The notes beneath the pieces are model-generated. The model was not told the origin of the DNA. It saw only the letters and a program-made list of their open reading frames with translations, and made no database searches. The position numbers and the translations under genes were made by a program. Positions 9,248 to 18,978 of a stretch of DNA of 64,000 bases are shown piece after piece. The DNA comes from a virus, in the IMG/VR virus record IMGVR_UViG_3300035156_000198, positions 9,513 to 73,512 of that record; one strand, given 5' to 3'. Positions within the stretch are counted from its first letter, which is position 1, and every line of letters begins with the position of its first letter.

Positions 9248-10600
9248 ATGGATCACACCGTTCACCCTCGCCTCGACCCGGCCGCTCAGGCATGGCTCGA
9301 CGCGACCATCGCCCGCAACGCGGCACGGTTCGGCGGCTACCGCATGGCTCACCCGCTGCTGGAGAAGGCCGCCCAGCACACCGCGCAGGCCCGCGCGATC
9401 AATGACGAGTTCGAGGGCAAGTCGATGCCGGCCGAGGCCGCGCATCAGATGAAGGCCCACCTCGACGCCGCCCGGGAGTACCGCAGCCGCGTCGGCCTGG
9501 AAGCGTCACTGACCGACGTGGAGAGCTGGATCAAGGAGCCGCAGCACAAGCACGACATGAGCGGCGGCCAGGCCGACTACTCCGCGGCCTCGGGCGGCGA
9601 GTTCAAGGGCGGCTCGATCCCGTCGGCGTTCGGCAACGGCGCCGAGGTCTACGAGCAGCAGCGGCAGGCGAGCAAGAACCACAGCTTCTTCGAGTACGTC
9701 CGCAAGGGCCTCGACGGGGTGACGATGGAGCAGAAGGCCGACCTTGTGGAGAACGCCACCGGTCAGAACCTGGTGCCCACCGACTACGCCGGCACGATCA
9801 TCAAGCAGCTGCCGCGCGAGGGTGTCATCCGTGACCTGGCGTTCGTGCGGCCCACGAACCGCAACGTGGTCGACATCGGCAACGTGGTGATCAACACCGC
9901 CGGATGGGGGAAGCTCGAAACCGGCACCACCCCGACCGACGGCATGGGCACCGCCGGGAAGGACACCATCACGGTGTACGACCTGAACGCCCTGGTCAAG
10001 CTCGGCAACGACGAGCTGGAGGACACCGACGAGAACCTCGCGGAGATCATCCGGGTGGCGCTGGTGGCCAAGCTCGCCGAGCTCGAAGACGACGCGTTCG
10101 CGGCCGGCACCGGCACCGGCATGCCGTGGGGCATCACCCACAACGTCACCCAGAACGTCACCGCGGCGGCGAACAACACCGTCACGAGCGACGACTTGAA
10201 GCGGCTGCCGTTCCAGGTGCCGGCCCAGTTCCGTCGGGCTGGTCGGGCGTGCTTCCTCGGGCACACGCTGGTCACTCAGGCCATCGCGCTGCTCAAGGAC
10301 ACCACCGGGGCGTACATGCTGCAGCAGTCCGCGGCCCTCGGTGAGCCGGACACCCTGTTCGGGTACCGGTACTACACCGTCGACGGGCTCGCCGCGCCGA
10401 CCACGACGGGCACCGCCACCGACGCCTCCCTGGTGTTCGGTGACATCAACGCCGGCTACATGATTGCCGACCGGCGTCGGTTCACGGTGACCCGCCTGAA
10501 CGAGCTGTACGCCGCCGAGGGCAAGGTCGGCCTGTTGTTCACCCACCGCGTCGGCGGTGACGTGATCCGGCCGCAGGCCCTCGCCACGTACCGCCTGTGA
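9248..10600 (+). CDS. Major capsid protein (HK97 fold)
   Basis: N-terminal coiled delta-like domain, GQNLVPTDY, AFAAGTGTGMPWGI, PDTLFGYRY, LVFGDINAGYMIADR, GKVGLLFTHRVGGDV. Confidence 0.95.
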   Translation: MDHTVHPRLDPAAQAWLDATIARNAARFGGYRMAHPLLEKAAQHTAQARAINDEFEGKSMPAEAAHQMKAHLDAAREYRSRVGLEASLTDVESWIKEPQHKHDMSGGQADYSAASGGEFKGGSIPSAFGNGAEVYEQQRQASKNHSFFEYVRKGLDGVTMEQKADLVENATGQNLVPTDYAGTIIKQLPREGVIRDLAFVRPTNRNVVDIGNVVINTAGWGKLETGTTPTDGMGTAGKDTITVYDLNALVKLGNDELEDTDENLAEIIRVALVAKLAELEDDAFAAGTGTGMPWGITHNVTQNVTAAANNTVTSDDLKRLPFQVPAQFRRAGRACFLGHTLVTQAIALLKDTTGAYMLQQSAALGEPDTLFGYRYYTVDGLAAPTTTGTATDASLVFGDINAGYMIADRRRFTVTRLNELYAAEGKVGLLFTHRVGGDVIRPQALATYRL

Positions 10601-10603
10601 TCC

Positions 10604-10645
10604 GGTGAGGGGGCCGGCCGGCCTGGAGCGGCCGGCCCCCTCACC
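10604..10645 (+). terminator. Hairpin after the capsid gene
   Basis: 17-bp stem ggtgagggggccggccg / cggccggccccctcacc. Confidence 0.6.
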
Positions 10646-10685
10646 CTGGCCCCTCTCGCCGCCACGACCAGCAAAGGAACCCCCG

Positions 10686-11579
10686 ATGACCACCGTCGCA
10701 CCGACTCAGAACTTCGTGACCTACGTCAAGGGCCAGGCGGTGTCGGCGACCCCTGACACGCCCGTCGAGCTGCCCGACGACATCGCCCGGCAGCTGGTCG
10801 ACGCCGGCATGGCCCAGTCGGTCGCCGACGCGAGCAAGGCGAAGGCCGACCTCGGCGACGCCTACCAGGCGACCGCCGCGGTGGACGCCACCGTCGCCGA
10901 GCGGCGCCGGCGCACCACCGACTCAACCTCGGGGAAGCTGGTCACCGGCCCGCCGGCCGAGCTGGACGAGAAGAGCGTCCAGGGTGACCGGGCCGCCGAC
11001 ATCATCAAGGCCACCACCGAGGGCACCACGTTCACCGACGGGCCGGCGTACATCCCGGCCGACGTCGACGTGAACGTGGTCAAGGGTGACCGGGCCGCCG
11101 ACATCATCAAGGAGACGACGAAGGACGTGCGAACCAACCCCGGGGCCGATGACGCGGCCACCTACAGCCGGCCCGCCGAGGTCGATACCAACACCATCGA
11201 GGGCGACCGGGCCGCCCAGGTCATCAAGGACACCGCCCGCACCGAGCCCGACGACGACGACCAGCCGGACGGCGCCGACGCCGAGGCCAAGCCGAAGCCG
11301 ACCGGCAAGCCGAAGGGCCGGCAGGCCAAGCCCGCCAAGGCTGGCGCCAACCCCGTCGCCAAGCCGAAGCCCGGCCCCAAGGACACCCCCAACACGCGGC
11401 CCGAGCTGCCCGGTGACGGGCCCGACCAGACCGCCGAGGCATCAGGGGTCGGCATCGGCGCCACGCTGGCGGAGAACACCGAGAACACCATCGAAGAGCA
11501 GACCGAGAACACCCTGTCCGAGCAGACACCAGCCGAGCACCAGGCGCCCGGCGCGACCGACACGCCCGACGCCCAGTAG
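10686..11579 (+). CDS. Low-complexity protein with three GDRAA(D/Q)(I/V)IK repeats
   Basis: RBS AAAGGA; acidic and Pro/Ala-rich; internal DNA repeats near 10982 and 11084. Confidence 0.7.
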   Translation: MTTVAPTQNFVTYVKGQAVSATPDTPVELPDDIARQLVDAGMAQSVADASKAKADLGDAYQATAAVDATVAERRRRTTDSTSGKLVTGPPAELDEKSVQGDRAADIIKATTEGTTFTDGPAYIPADVDVNVVKGDRAADIIKETTKDVRTNPGADDAATYSRPAEVDTNTIEGDRAAQVIKDTARTEPDDDDQPDGADAEAKPKPTGKPKGRQAKPAKAGANPVAKPKPGPKDTPNTRPELPGDGPDQTAEASGVGIGATLAENTENTIEEQTENTLSEQTPAEHQAPGATDTPDAQ

Positions 11580-11649
11580 AGCCCGCCGACCATCGCACCG
11601 GTGAGCGCGGCCCTGGTCCCCTCACCGGTGCCCGGCTGGAAGGGCCGCC

Positions 11650-12186
11650 ATGACCCCGTTCGCCACCCCGGCCGACCTCCGCACCCTGATGCCCGGGCTC
11701 GAGGATGGGCCCGCCCGCCTGGCCCTAGAGCTGGTCAGCGGCGCCATCAGGGACAGCATCGGGTGGAACGTGGACGAGACCGTCGGCGCCGTCTACGAGC
11801 GCGTGGTGCCGCCACGTCGCGGCGGCGCCGCGGTTGAGACCGTCGTGCTGCCCGCCCAGCACATCACCGCGGTGGGCCCCGTGGTGGTCGACGGCCGCAC
11901 CCTGGCCATGTCGCAGTACGACGTGACCGAGAGCGGAATCGTGTACCTGTACGTGCCGGCCCGCCGGCGGGTGCACATCACCTACACCGCCGGGTGGCGC
12001 CGGGCCCCGGTCGACGCCGCCCCGGCAGTGTTCCGCACCGTGGCGCTGGACCTCGCCGCCCGCCTGGCCGACAACCCGACCAGCACCAACAGCTACCGCA
12101 TGGGCCTGGTCAGCGAGGACCTCACCCCGGCCCGTGACGCCGCCGACACCGACGGCCGCCTGGACGCCTACCGGGTGAACCTGTGA
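11650..12186 (+). CDS. Head-to-tail adaptor
   Basis: FATPADL...ALELVSGAIRD...ITYTAGW...NP motif; position after capsid genes. Confidence 0.75.
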   Translation: MTPFATPADLRTLMPGLEDGPARLALELVSGAIRDSIGWNVDETVGAVYERVVPPRRGGAAVETVVLPAQHITAVGPVVVDGRTLAMSQYDVTESGIVYLYVPARRRVHITYTAGWRRAPVDAAPAVFRTVALDLAARLADNPTSTNSYRMGLVSEDLTPARDAADTDGRLDAYRVNL

Positions 12187-12551
12187 GCATCGCCGGCAAG
12201 ATCACCGGGCCCGGGGTGCTGCACCGGCACACCGCCGGCGGCCGCAACGCATCAGGGGACTACGACGCGCCGACGTTCACCGACGAGCCGGTGTACGTCG
12301 AGGCCCAACAGCTCGCCCGAGCTGAGGACCGCGGCGGCGCGGTCACCACCGTGGGCACATGGGTGGCCCTGCTCCGGCCCGACGTTGCCGACCTCACCGG
12401 CGACGATGAGGTCACCGTAGGCGGCCGCCTGGTCGACGGTGAGACTGTCGGCGGCACCAGGTACGCATTCCAGGGCGACCCGTGGCACGTGCGCCACCCT
12501 CGCACCGGCCGGGCGACCCACTGGGAAGCGACCTTGCGGGTGGTGTCGTGA
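12183..12551 (+). CDS. Head-to-tail stopper
   Basis: Position, size, and C-terminal YAFQGDPW...HWEATLRVVS. Confidence 0.7.
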   Translation: MSIAGKITGPGVLHRHTAGGRNASGDYDAPTFTDEPVYVEAQQLARAEDRGGAVTTVGTWVALLRPDVADLTGDDEVTVGGRLVDGETVGGTRYAFQGDPWHVRHPRTGRATHWEATLRVVS

Positions 12552-12874
12552 GCTTCACACCCAACGCCGGCGCGGGCCGCGAGCTGCTGTCGACACCGGA
12601 GGCGATGGCCGCGGTGAAGGCCGACGCCGACACCGTGGCGCAACGCGCCGCCGACATCATGGCCGGCATCGGCGAGGGCACCGAGGCCGCCTACTACTAC
12701 GCCGGCGACCCCTACATCGACCCGGCCACCGGCACCGCCCGATGCGACGCCGGCAGCACGTCGAGCATCTGGCACATCATCGAGTACGGGTCGGTGAACA
12801 ACCCCGCCTACCGGCCGCTGACGACCGCCGTGGAGAGCCTCGGCATCGAGTACGACCCCGAGGCCGCCCCGTGA
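12548..12874 (+). CDS. Neck/tail completion protein (HK97 gp10-like)
   Basis: GTGA overlap; WHIIEYGSVNNPAYRPL motif. Confidence 0.6.
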   Translation: MSFTPNAGAGRELLSTPEAMAAVKADADTVAQRAADIMAGIGEGTEAAYYYAGDPYIDPATGTARCDAGSTSSIWHIIEYGSVNNPAYRPLTTAVESLGIEYDPEAAP

Positions 12875-13098
12875 CCTCGCCGACGATGATTGCCACCGAG
12901 GCCGACGTAGCCGCCCTGTGGCTGCACATGCTCGACGCGCACGGCGTCGGGTCGACCATGACGCACGGCGACCCGGTGCTGATGCACGGCGCGCTGAACG
13001 CCTTCCACCTGTGCGACCAGGTGTACCGCTACGCCCCCGAGGCCCCCGACTTCCGCGCCGGCCACGGGTCACGCCTGCCACCAGGGGCCGCCCGATGA
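12871..13098 (+). CDS. Hypothetical protein
   Basis: 75 aa, coupled by 4-bp overlaps on both sides. Confidence 0.45.
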   Translation: MTSPTMIATEADVAALWLHMLDAHGVGSTMTHGDPVLMHGALNAFHLCDQVYRYAPEAPDFRAGHGSRLPPGAAR

Positions 13099-13547
13099 CG
13101 ACCATGCCGCTGATGAGGCTGCCGAACGCCGAAATGCTGCTGTCGCAGTTCTACCGGGCCGACCCCGACGTGCTGGCCATCCAGGGCGACGACACCTACA
13201 CCGAGCTGCCGTCGAGGTTCACCGGCTGGCCGGCCACCAAGATCACCCGGGTGGGTGGTGCGCCGCCGTTCACCGACCCGCTGGTCATCGACCGGCCACT
13301 GATGCAAGTGGAGGTCTACGGCGGCCCGAAGTCGCTGGCCGCCGATGTCGCCGAGACACAACGGGCGGCGCTGGTGGCCGTCGGGCGGCTGCCGTTCGTG
13401 GCCCTCGGCGTCGGTGAGCTGTCCACGGTGGTCAGGTTCGGGACGTTGCGCTACGTGCCGGACCCGACATGGGACCCCGCGAGGCCCAGGTACATCTACG
13501 ACCTGGTGCTGCAGACCCGCGCGCTCCCTGGCCCTCCTACGGCCTGA
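13095..13547 (+). CDS. Tail terminator protein
   Basis: ITRVGG...DRPLMQVEVYGG...PRY; position before the major tail gene. Confidence 0.75.
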   Translation: MTTMPLMRLPNAEMLLSQFYRADPDVLAIQGDDTYTELPSRFTGWPATKITRVGGAPPFTDPLVIDRPLMQVEVYGGPKSLAADVAETQRAALVAVGRLPFVALGVGELSTVVRFGTLRYVPDPTWDPARPRYIYDLVLQTRALPGPPTA

Positions 13548-13598
13548 CCGGCCCCCGACGGCACCAGCACCCGGGGCACGTCCCCGCCGTAGGCCACT

Positions 13599-13615
13599 GT
13601 CAACGATCCGTTGAC
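13599..13615. promoter_or_regulatory. GTCAA-N7-TTGAC palindromic operator, copy 2 of 5
   Basis: GTCAAcgatccgTTGAC upstream of the major tail gene. Confidence 0.55.
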
Positions 13616-13706
13616 GCCCTCCTACGCGGCGGCGCTCGGGCCGGCCGATCACCCACAAAAGATGTCCGCGGCCGTCTCCGGGCATTCTCCGGCCATCGAC
13701 GGCCGA

Positions 13707-13726
13707 CCCGTGCGTACCCTGACCGC
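13707..13726 (+). promoter_or_regulatory. Putative late promoter element CCCGTGCGTACCCTGACCGC
   Basis: Identical 20-mer at 24469-24488; contains the -10-like TACCCT. Confidence 0.55.
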
Positions 13727-13789
13727 GCCGGCAAGCCCGCCGACGCTGCACCAGCTGCACCCCCCTTTCAAGCCCGGAAGGTCACAGAC

Positions 13790-14338
13790 ATGCCACAGGA
13801 CGCAACTAGGGTTCGCGTAGCCCTCACCGGCACGGTATGGAACAGCGACATCGGCGCGGTCGTGCCCGCCGACATCACTGTCACCCCGGCCGCCACGTGG
13901 GCCGACGCCGGCTACACCACCGAGGACGGGGTCACCTTCTCCGTCGAGCAGAACACCGAGGACCTGCCGGCCTGGCAGTCCAACGAGGCGCTCCGCACCA
14001 TCGTCACCAGCGAGCCCAAGAGCTTCAACTTCACCCTTCGGCAGCTTGAGCGGCAGTCGTTCCTGCTGGCGTTCGGTGGCACCGTGACCACCATCGGCGC
14101 CAACAACTACCGGTGGACGCCGCCGACGGCCGGCGCGCAGCTGGCCAAGCAGTGGATCATCGAGTTCCTCGACGGGGCCCTGAAATACCGGTTCGTCTAC
14201 CGCAACTGTGTGCAGCAGGGCGCCCGCGAGCTGAACTTCGTGCGCTCCAACGCCGTCAACATTCCCCTGTCGTACAAGGTGCTCGCCGCGTCTCCCCAGA
14301 CGTGGGAGCTGCAGACCAACGACCCGGCGTTCGCCTGA
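13790..14338 (+). CDS. Major tail protein
   Basis: WADAGYTTEDGVT...AWQS...FNFTLRQ; typical actinophage tail tube sequence. Confidence 0.88.
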   Translation: MPQDATRVRVALTGTVWNSDIGAVVPADITVTPAATWADAGYTTEDGVTFSVEQNTEDLPAWQSNEALRTIVTSEPKSFNFTLRQLERQSFLLAFGGTVTTIGANNYRWTPPTAGAQLAKQWIIEFLDGALKYRFVYRNCVQQGARELNFVRSNAVNIPLSYKVLAASPQTWELQTNDPAFA

Positions 14339-14652
14339 TGGGCGCCGTGAAGCCGTTGCGTGACGGCGACGAGCAGCCGGCCATCCCTCGCCCGGAGGAC
14401 TTGCGCGAGGGCCAGGCTCGCATCGTGGTGCACTACGACGACGGGCGCCGGGCGGTGTTCAACCCGAACCGGCCTCGGCTGCTGCTGAACATGGAGGCCA
14501 AGTGGGGCGTCCAGCAGCCTGACAAGCATGAGCAGATCGCATGGCTGGCCCACCACGCCGTCGCCCCGGGCGAGCCGTACGAGGACTGGGTAGACACCGT
14601 GGACGAGTTCGAGTCCATCGAGGGCACCGGCCCAAAAGCCGACCCGTCCTAG
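14338..14652 (+). CDS. Tail assembly chaperone (short form)
   Basis: Between the major tail and tape measure genes; ends just after the slippery heptamer. Confidence 0.8.
   Translation: MGAVKPLRDGDEQPAIPRPEDLREGQARIVVHYDDGRRAVFNPNRPRLLLNMEAKWGVQQPDKHEQIAWLAHHAVAPGEPYEDWVDTVDEFESIEGTGPKADPS
14631..14637 (+). other. -1 programmed frameshift site C CCA AAA
   Basis: X XXY YYZ heptamer in the correct phase; the -1 frame (PKSRPVLDAL...) is open to 15023. Confidence 0.75.
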
Positions 14653-15023
14653 ACGCCCTCTGCAGCGTCGCCGTAGCCGCCGGCATGCGGCCGCGCGACG
14701 TGGCCGAGCTTGACGAGGACGAGTACGGCGCCGTAGTCGAGGCGCTGCAGGACAAGGACAGGGCCGAGCAGTGGGCCAACCTGCACGAGCTGCAGGCCGC
14801 CACCGTCGAGGCGCTGTGGGCCATCCTGTCGCGGCTCGACGCCGGCGTCGTCACCGTCGCAGCGAACCAGACCAAGGCGCCCAAGGACCGCGGCCGCTAC
14901 CCCCGGCCGCAGTGGGTCACCGACGACGACCCCGAGGGCGACGACGAGGGCGACGTGATCGTGGTGCACCACGTCGCCGACGCGGTGCACATGATGCGCA
15001 AGGGGGTGTCCCATGGCGACTGA
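14631..15023 (+). CDS. Tail assembly chaperone, frameshifted C-terminal extension
   Basis: -1 frame ORF fills the gap up to the tape measure gene. Confidence 0.7.
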   Translation, partial: PKSRPVLDALCSVAVAAGMRPRDVAELDEDEYGAVVEALQDKDRAEQWANLHELQAATVEALWAILSRLDAGVVTVAANQTKAPKDRGRYPRPQWVTDDDPEGDDEGDVIVVHHVADAVHMMRKGVSHGD

Positions 15024-18000
15024 GATAGGCCGCGGCGTCATCCCGGTTGGGCTCGATGACTCCCGGCTGAACCGTGACCTGTCTCGGGTCGGCGCCAACG
15101 TCAACAGCCACTTCGACAAGGTGGGCCGGCAGGCCGGCGGCGTCGGCGGCCGGCAGTTCGGCAGCGAGTTCTCACGCAACAGCAGCGGCGCGCTACGCGG
15201 GTCGACCAGGGCCATCGAGGCCGACGCCGACGACACCGGCCGCCGAGCTGGGCGGCGCATGGGCGGCTCGTTCTCAGGTGCCGTCGGTGGCCTCGCCGCG
15301 CGAGCTGGCGGCGCGCTCGGTGTGACCGTCGGGGTGGCCGCCGTCGGTGGGTTCGTGAAGCAAGCCGTCACCCTCGAAGCCGAGTTCGGCAAGACCATGA
15401 ACCTCATCCAAGCGACCACCGGGCTGCCGGCCGCCGGCATGAGGTCGCTGTCGGACCTGGCCCTGAAGATGGGCCGCGACACCGTGTTCTCCGCGTCCGA
15501 CGCGAGCGCGGCGATGCTTGAGCTGGCCCGCGGCGGCATGACCGCGGCGACCATCAAGGGCGGCGCGCTGCAGGGCACCCTGACGCTGGCCGCAGCTGGC
15601 GGCCTCGACATGGCCACCGCGGCGAACGTCGCGGTCAAGGCGATGGGCGCCTTCAACCTGCAGGGCCGCGACATGGACTCAGTGGCCGCCGCCCTGGCCG
15701 GCGCCGCGAACGCCTCGGCCGCGTCGGTCGGGGACTTGTCCATCGCGCTGTCTCAGACCGGCCTCGCCGCCAACGCTGTCGGGTTCTCCGTGCAGGAGAC
15801 GACCGGCATCCTGGCGGCGTTCAGCAACGCCGGCCTGAACGGGTCAGACGCCGGCACGTCACTGAAAACGATGCTGTCGAGCCTCACCCCGAGCACCAAG
15901 AGCGCGACCGAGGCGTTCCGCACGCTGGGCATCATCACCGAGGACGGCCGCAACCGGTTCATCAACGCCAACGGCACCTACAAGAGCGCGGCGCAGATAG
16001 CCGAGATTCTCAGGCAAGGCACCGTCAAGCTCACCGACGCGCAACGTAACCAGGCCATCAGGCAAGGTTTCGGCTCAGACGCCCAGCGGGCCGCGAATAT
16101 CCTGGCCAATGAGGGCGCCCGCGGGATCAACCGCATGGTCAAGGCCACCAGCGACCAGGGCGCCGCGCAGCGCACCGCCCAGGCCGCCATGAAGGGCACC
16201 GCCGGCGCCATCGAGTCGCTGAAAGGGTCCCTGGAGACCGCCACCCTCCGGTTCGGTCAGCTGATCCAACCGGCCGTCATCGGCGGGCTACGCCTGGCCA
16301 CCCGGGCCATCAACGGCATCGAGCCGGCCATCGGTCGGGTCGCCTCGGCGTTCCGCTCCGGGGAGGCCTCGACCGGCCAGTACGGCGCGATCATCAGGAA
16401 CACCGGCCGCGCCATCGGTGACTTCGTGGCCTCGGTGCTGCCCACTCTGCGCCGGGTCGGCCGCGAAATCGCCGGCACCGTCGGCCCGGCCCTACGCGAT
16501 ATCGGCCGCATGGTGATGACCGACCTGCTGCCGGCGTTTCAGCGGGTGCTGCCGATCATCGCGCCGGTGGCCAGGTTCATCATCCGGGTCATCGGCGGCG
16601 CCATCGTGGGGGCCATCAAGGGCGCTGTCCAGGTCATCAAGGGCATCGTGAACGTCATCGCCGGCGTGTTCAAGCTGGTGTCTGCCCTGGTGCGAGGCGA
16701 GTGGGGTGGCGCGTGGCGGGCCCTGGTGCAGATTATGAAGGGCGTCCTGCAGATCGTCGTCGGCGCGATCCGCGTGTGGTTCAACGTGGGCATCCTCGGC
16801 ATCTTCAAGGGCGGCGTCGTCCGGCTGCTGACCAGCTGGCGGGGCCTGTGGACCGGCGCCCGGCAAGTCGGGTCGAGGGCCATGGCGCTGCTCGGGCGCA
16901 TCATCGACGCCGGGTTCCGCGCCGTCGGCGCCATCTTCCGCGGCGCAGCTCGCATCATCGGCGGCATCTTCCGGGGCATGTTCACGCTGCTCGGGCGGCT
17001 GGCGACCGCCGGCTGGCGGGTGGTGTCGGGCATCTTCACCAGGTCGTTCACCGCGGTGCGAGGCATCGTGACCCGAGGGGTGACCGCGGTGACCGGGTTC
17101 TTCCGGGGCCTGTTCACCGCCATCGGCCGGCGCACATCTGACGGGTGGCGGAACCTGACTGGCCTGTTCCGCCGCGGCCTGGAAACCGTGCGCACCGTGA
17201 CCCGGCAGGTGCTCGACAAGGTGACCGGCATCTTCGCCGGCGCGTGGCGCAGCATCAAGGCCACCGGCGACCGGCTCCGGGGGCTGCTGACTGGCACCCT
17301 GCCGCGGGCGTTCCGCAGCGGCCGTGACGCCATCGGCCGCATCTGGGACGGCCTCAAGGGCGTAGCCAAGCGGCCTGTGCAGTTCATCGTGAACACCGTC
17401 TACATGAAGGGCATCTACCGCGTTGTCGCCGCCCTGCCGGGGAAGAACCCGCTGCCGCCGCTGCACTTCAAGCGCGGCGGGCCGGTGCCCGAGCACCTTG
17501 GCACCAAGGGCAAAGACTCGGTGCCGGCGCTGCTGATGCCGAACGAGCACGTGCTGACCGCCCGCGAGGTCGCCAAGGCCGGCGGCCACAAGGTCATCGA
17601 GGCATGGCGGCGGCGCATCATCGGCGGCAGCGGCTACCACCTGAAGGAAGCGCGGGCCGAGCGGCTCGCAGCTGGCGGCCCGGTGCAACGGTTCTGGCTC
17701 GGTGGTGGTGTCAAGCCCGCCGCCGGCTCGGTCAACCGGCACGGCGACTACTCGTTCGCCCGGTGGGCCGGCGACATCAACGAACCAGGGTCGGTCGACA
17801 TCGGGCACCCGGTGCGAGCCTGGAAGGCCGGCACGGTGTCGTTCGCCGGCTGGGGTGGCGGCGACTCGTACGGCAACTACATGAAGGTCAACCACGGCGA
17901 CGTGACGACCTACTACGCGCACCTGTCAGCGTTCGGGAAGCGACCCGGCACCCGAGTCAGGGCCGGCGAGCGCATCGGGTCCAAGGGCGGCACCGGCAAC

Positions 18001-18978
18001 GCCTCGGGGCCGCACCTTCACTTCGAGATCCGTGGCGGCGGGTCGGCGATCCAACGTGGCAGCAAGGGCGCCCGCGGCGGCATCGACTCAGGCAACGATG
18101 GCGGCGCGATCCGCACCCGTGTGAACACCTACGACGGCATGAGCATCGCCGACGCGGTGAGCCGGCTCAACCCCGCCAAGTGGGTCGCCGGGGTGCGCCG
18201 GTTCGGCGACTGGGGCCGGCTGATGGCCGGCGTGCCGAAGACGATGGCCGGGCAGGCGGTCAGCTACGCGAAGCGCACCATCACCCGGGCCATCGCCAAG
18301 GCATGGAAGTGGGTCACGTCGCATGTCGGTGGCGCGTTCGGTGGCGGCGCCGGCAAGACACTGAACCAGGTCACCGGCCGCCTGGTGCCGGCCATGCGCG
18401 CGGCGTACAAGTTCGCTCAGCAGACCCTCGGCATCCGCAACATCGGCGGCTACTCCTACCGGCCGAACACCGCCAACCCCTCGCAGCTGTCAGACCACGC
18501 CTACGGCAAGGCGCTAGACCTGATGGGCGCCAAACAGAACGTCGCCGACTACTTCGCGTTCGGGCCCGGCCGGCGCCGGTTCAACATCGAGAACGTCATC
18601 TACAACCGGCGAATCACCAACCCCGGGCGAGGCTGGAAGTGGGGCTACTACAGCGGCCCGAACCCGCACACCGACCACGTGCACATCGACACCTTCGACC
18701 GCGGCGGCCTGGCCCGCGGCATCGGGGTGCTGCCGAAGCGCACCATCAAGCCCGAGCGCATGCTGGACCCCCGCACCACCGTCGCGTTCGAGCGGCTGGT
18801 CGACGGGCTCACCCGGGCCCCGACGGCGGCCGCAGCCGGCGGCACCGCCCGCGCCGCCGGCGCCGCTGCCCTGACGATCACCAACTGGGAAGAGGGGCGC
18901 GGGTACATCAGGTTCCTGGCAGCTGATGAGGTCGGCGCCGACCGTGAGTTCCAAGCCGCCCGAGGAAGGGCCCGATGA
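15013..18978 (+). CDS. Tape measure protein with C-terminal M23 and M15-like peptidase domains
   Basis: 1321 aa; TP901-like core (LALKMGRDTVFSASDASAAMLELARGG, AGTSLKTML); YYAHL and HLHFE (M23); SDHAYGKALD...HTDHVHID. Confidence 0.93.
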   Translation: MATEIGRGVIPVGLDDSRLNRDLSRVGANVNSHFDKVGRQAGGVGGRQFGSEFSRNSSGALRGSTRAIEADADDTGRRAGRRMGGSFSGAVGGLAARAGGALGVTVGVAAVGGFVKQAVTLEAEFGKTMNLIQATTGLPAAGMRSLSDLALKMGRDTVFSASDASAAMLELARGGMTAATIKGGALQGTLTLAAAGGLDMATAANVAVKAMGAFNLQGRDMDSVAAALAGAANASAASVGDLSIALSQTGLAANAVGFSVQETTGILAAFSNAGLNGSDAGTSLKTMLSSLTPSTKSATEAFRTLGIITEDGRNRFINANGTYKSAAQIAEILRQGTVKLTDAQRNQAIRQGFGSDAQRAANILANEGARGINRMVKATSDQGAAQRTAQAAMKGTAGAIESLKGSLETATLRFGQLIQPAVIGGLRLATRAINGIEPAIGRVASAFRSGEASTGQYGAIIRNTGRAIGDFVASVLPTLRRVGREIAGTVGPALRDIGRMVMTDLLPAFQRVLPIIAPVARFIIRVIGGAIVGAIKGAVQVIKGIVNVIAGVFKLVSALVRGEWGGAWRALVQIMKGVLQIVVGAIRVWFNVGILGIFKGGVVRLLTSWRGLWTGARQVGSRAMALLGRIIDAGFRAVGAIFRGAARIIGGIFRGMFTLLGRLATAGWRVVSGIFTRSFTAVRGIVTRGVTAVTGFFRGLFTAIGRRTSDGWRNLTGLFRRGLETVRTVTRQVLDKVTGIFAGAWRSIKATGDRLRGLLTGTLPRAFRSGRDAIGRIWDGLKGVAKRPVQFIVNTVYMKGIYRVVAALPGKNPLPPLHFKRGGPVPEHLGTKGKDSVPALLMPNEHVLTAREVAKAGGHKVIEAWRRRIIGGSGYHLKEARAERLAAGGPVQRFWLGGGVKPAAGSVNRHGDYSFARWAGDINEPGSVDIGHPVRAWKAGTVSFAGWGGGDSYGNYMKVNHGDVTTYYAHLSAFGKRPGTRVRAGERIGSKGGTGNASGPHLHFEIRGGGSAIQRGSKGARGGIDSGNDGGAIRTRVNTYDGMSIADAVSRLNPAKWVAGVRRFGDWGRLMAGVPKTMAGQAVSYAKRTITRAIAKAWKWVTSHVGGAFGGGAGKTLNQVTGRLVPAMRAAYKFAQQTLGIRNIGGYSYRPNTANPSQLSDHAYGKALDLMGAKQNVADYFAFGPGRRRFNIENVIYNRRITNPGRGWKWGYYSGPNPHTDHVHIDTFDRGGLARGIGVLPKRTIKPERMLDPRTTVAFERLVDGLTRAPTAAAAGGTARAAGAAALTITNWEEGRGYIRFLAADEVGADREFQAARGRAR

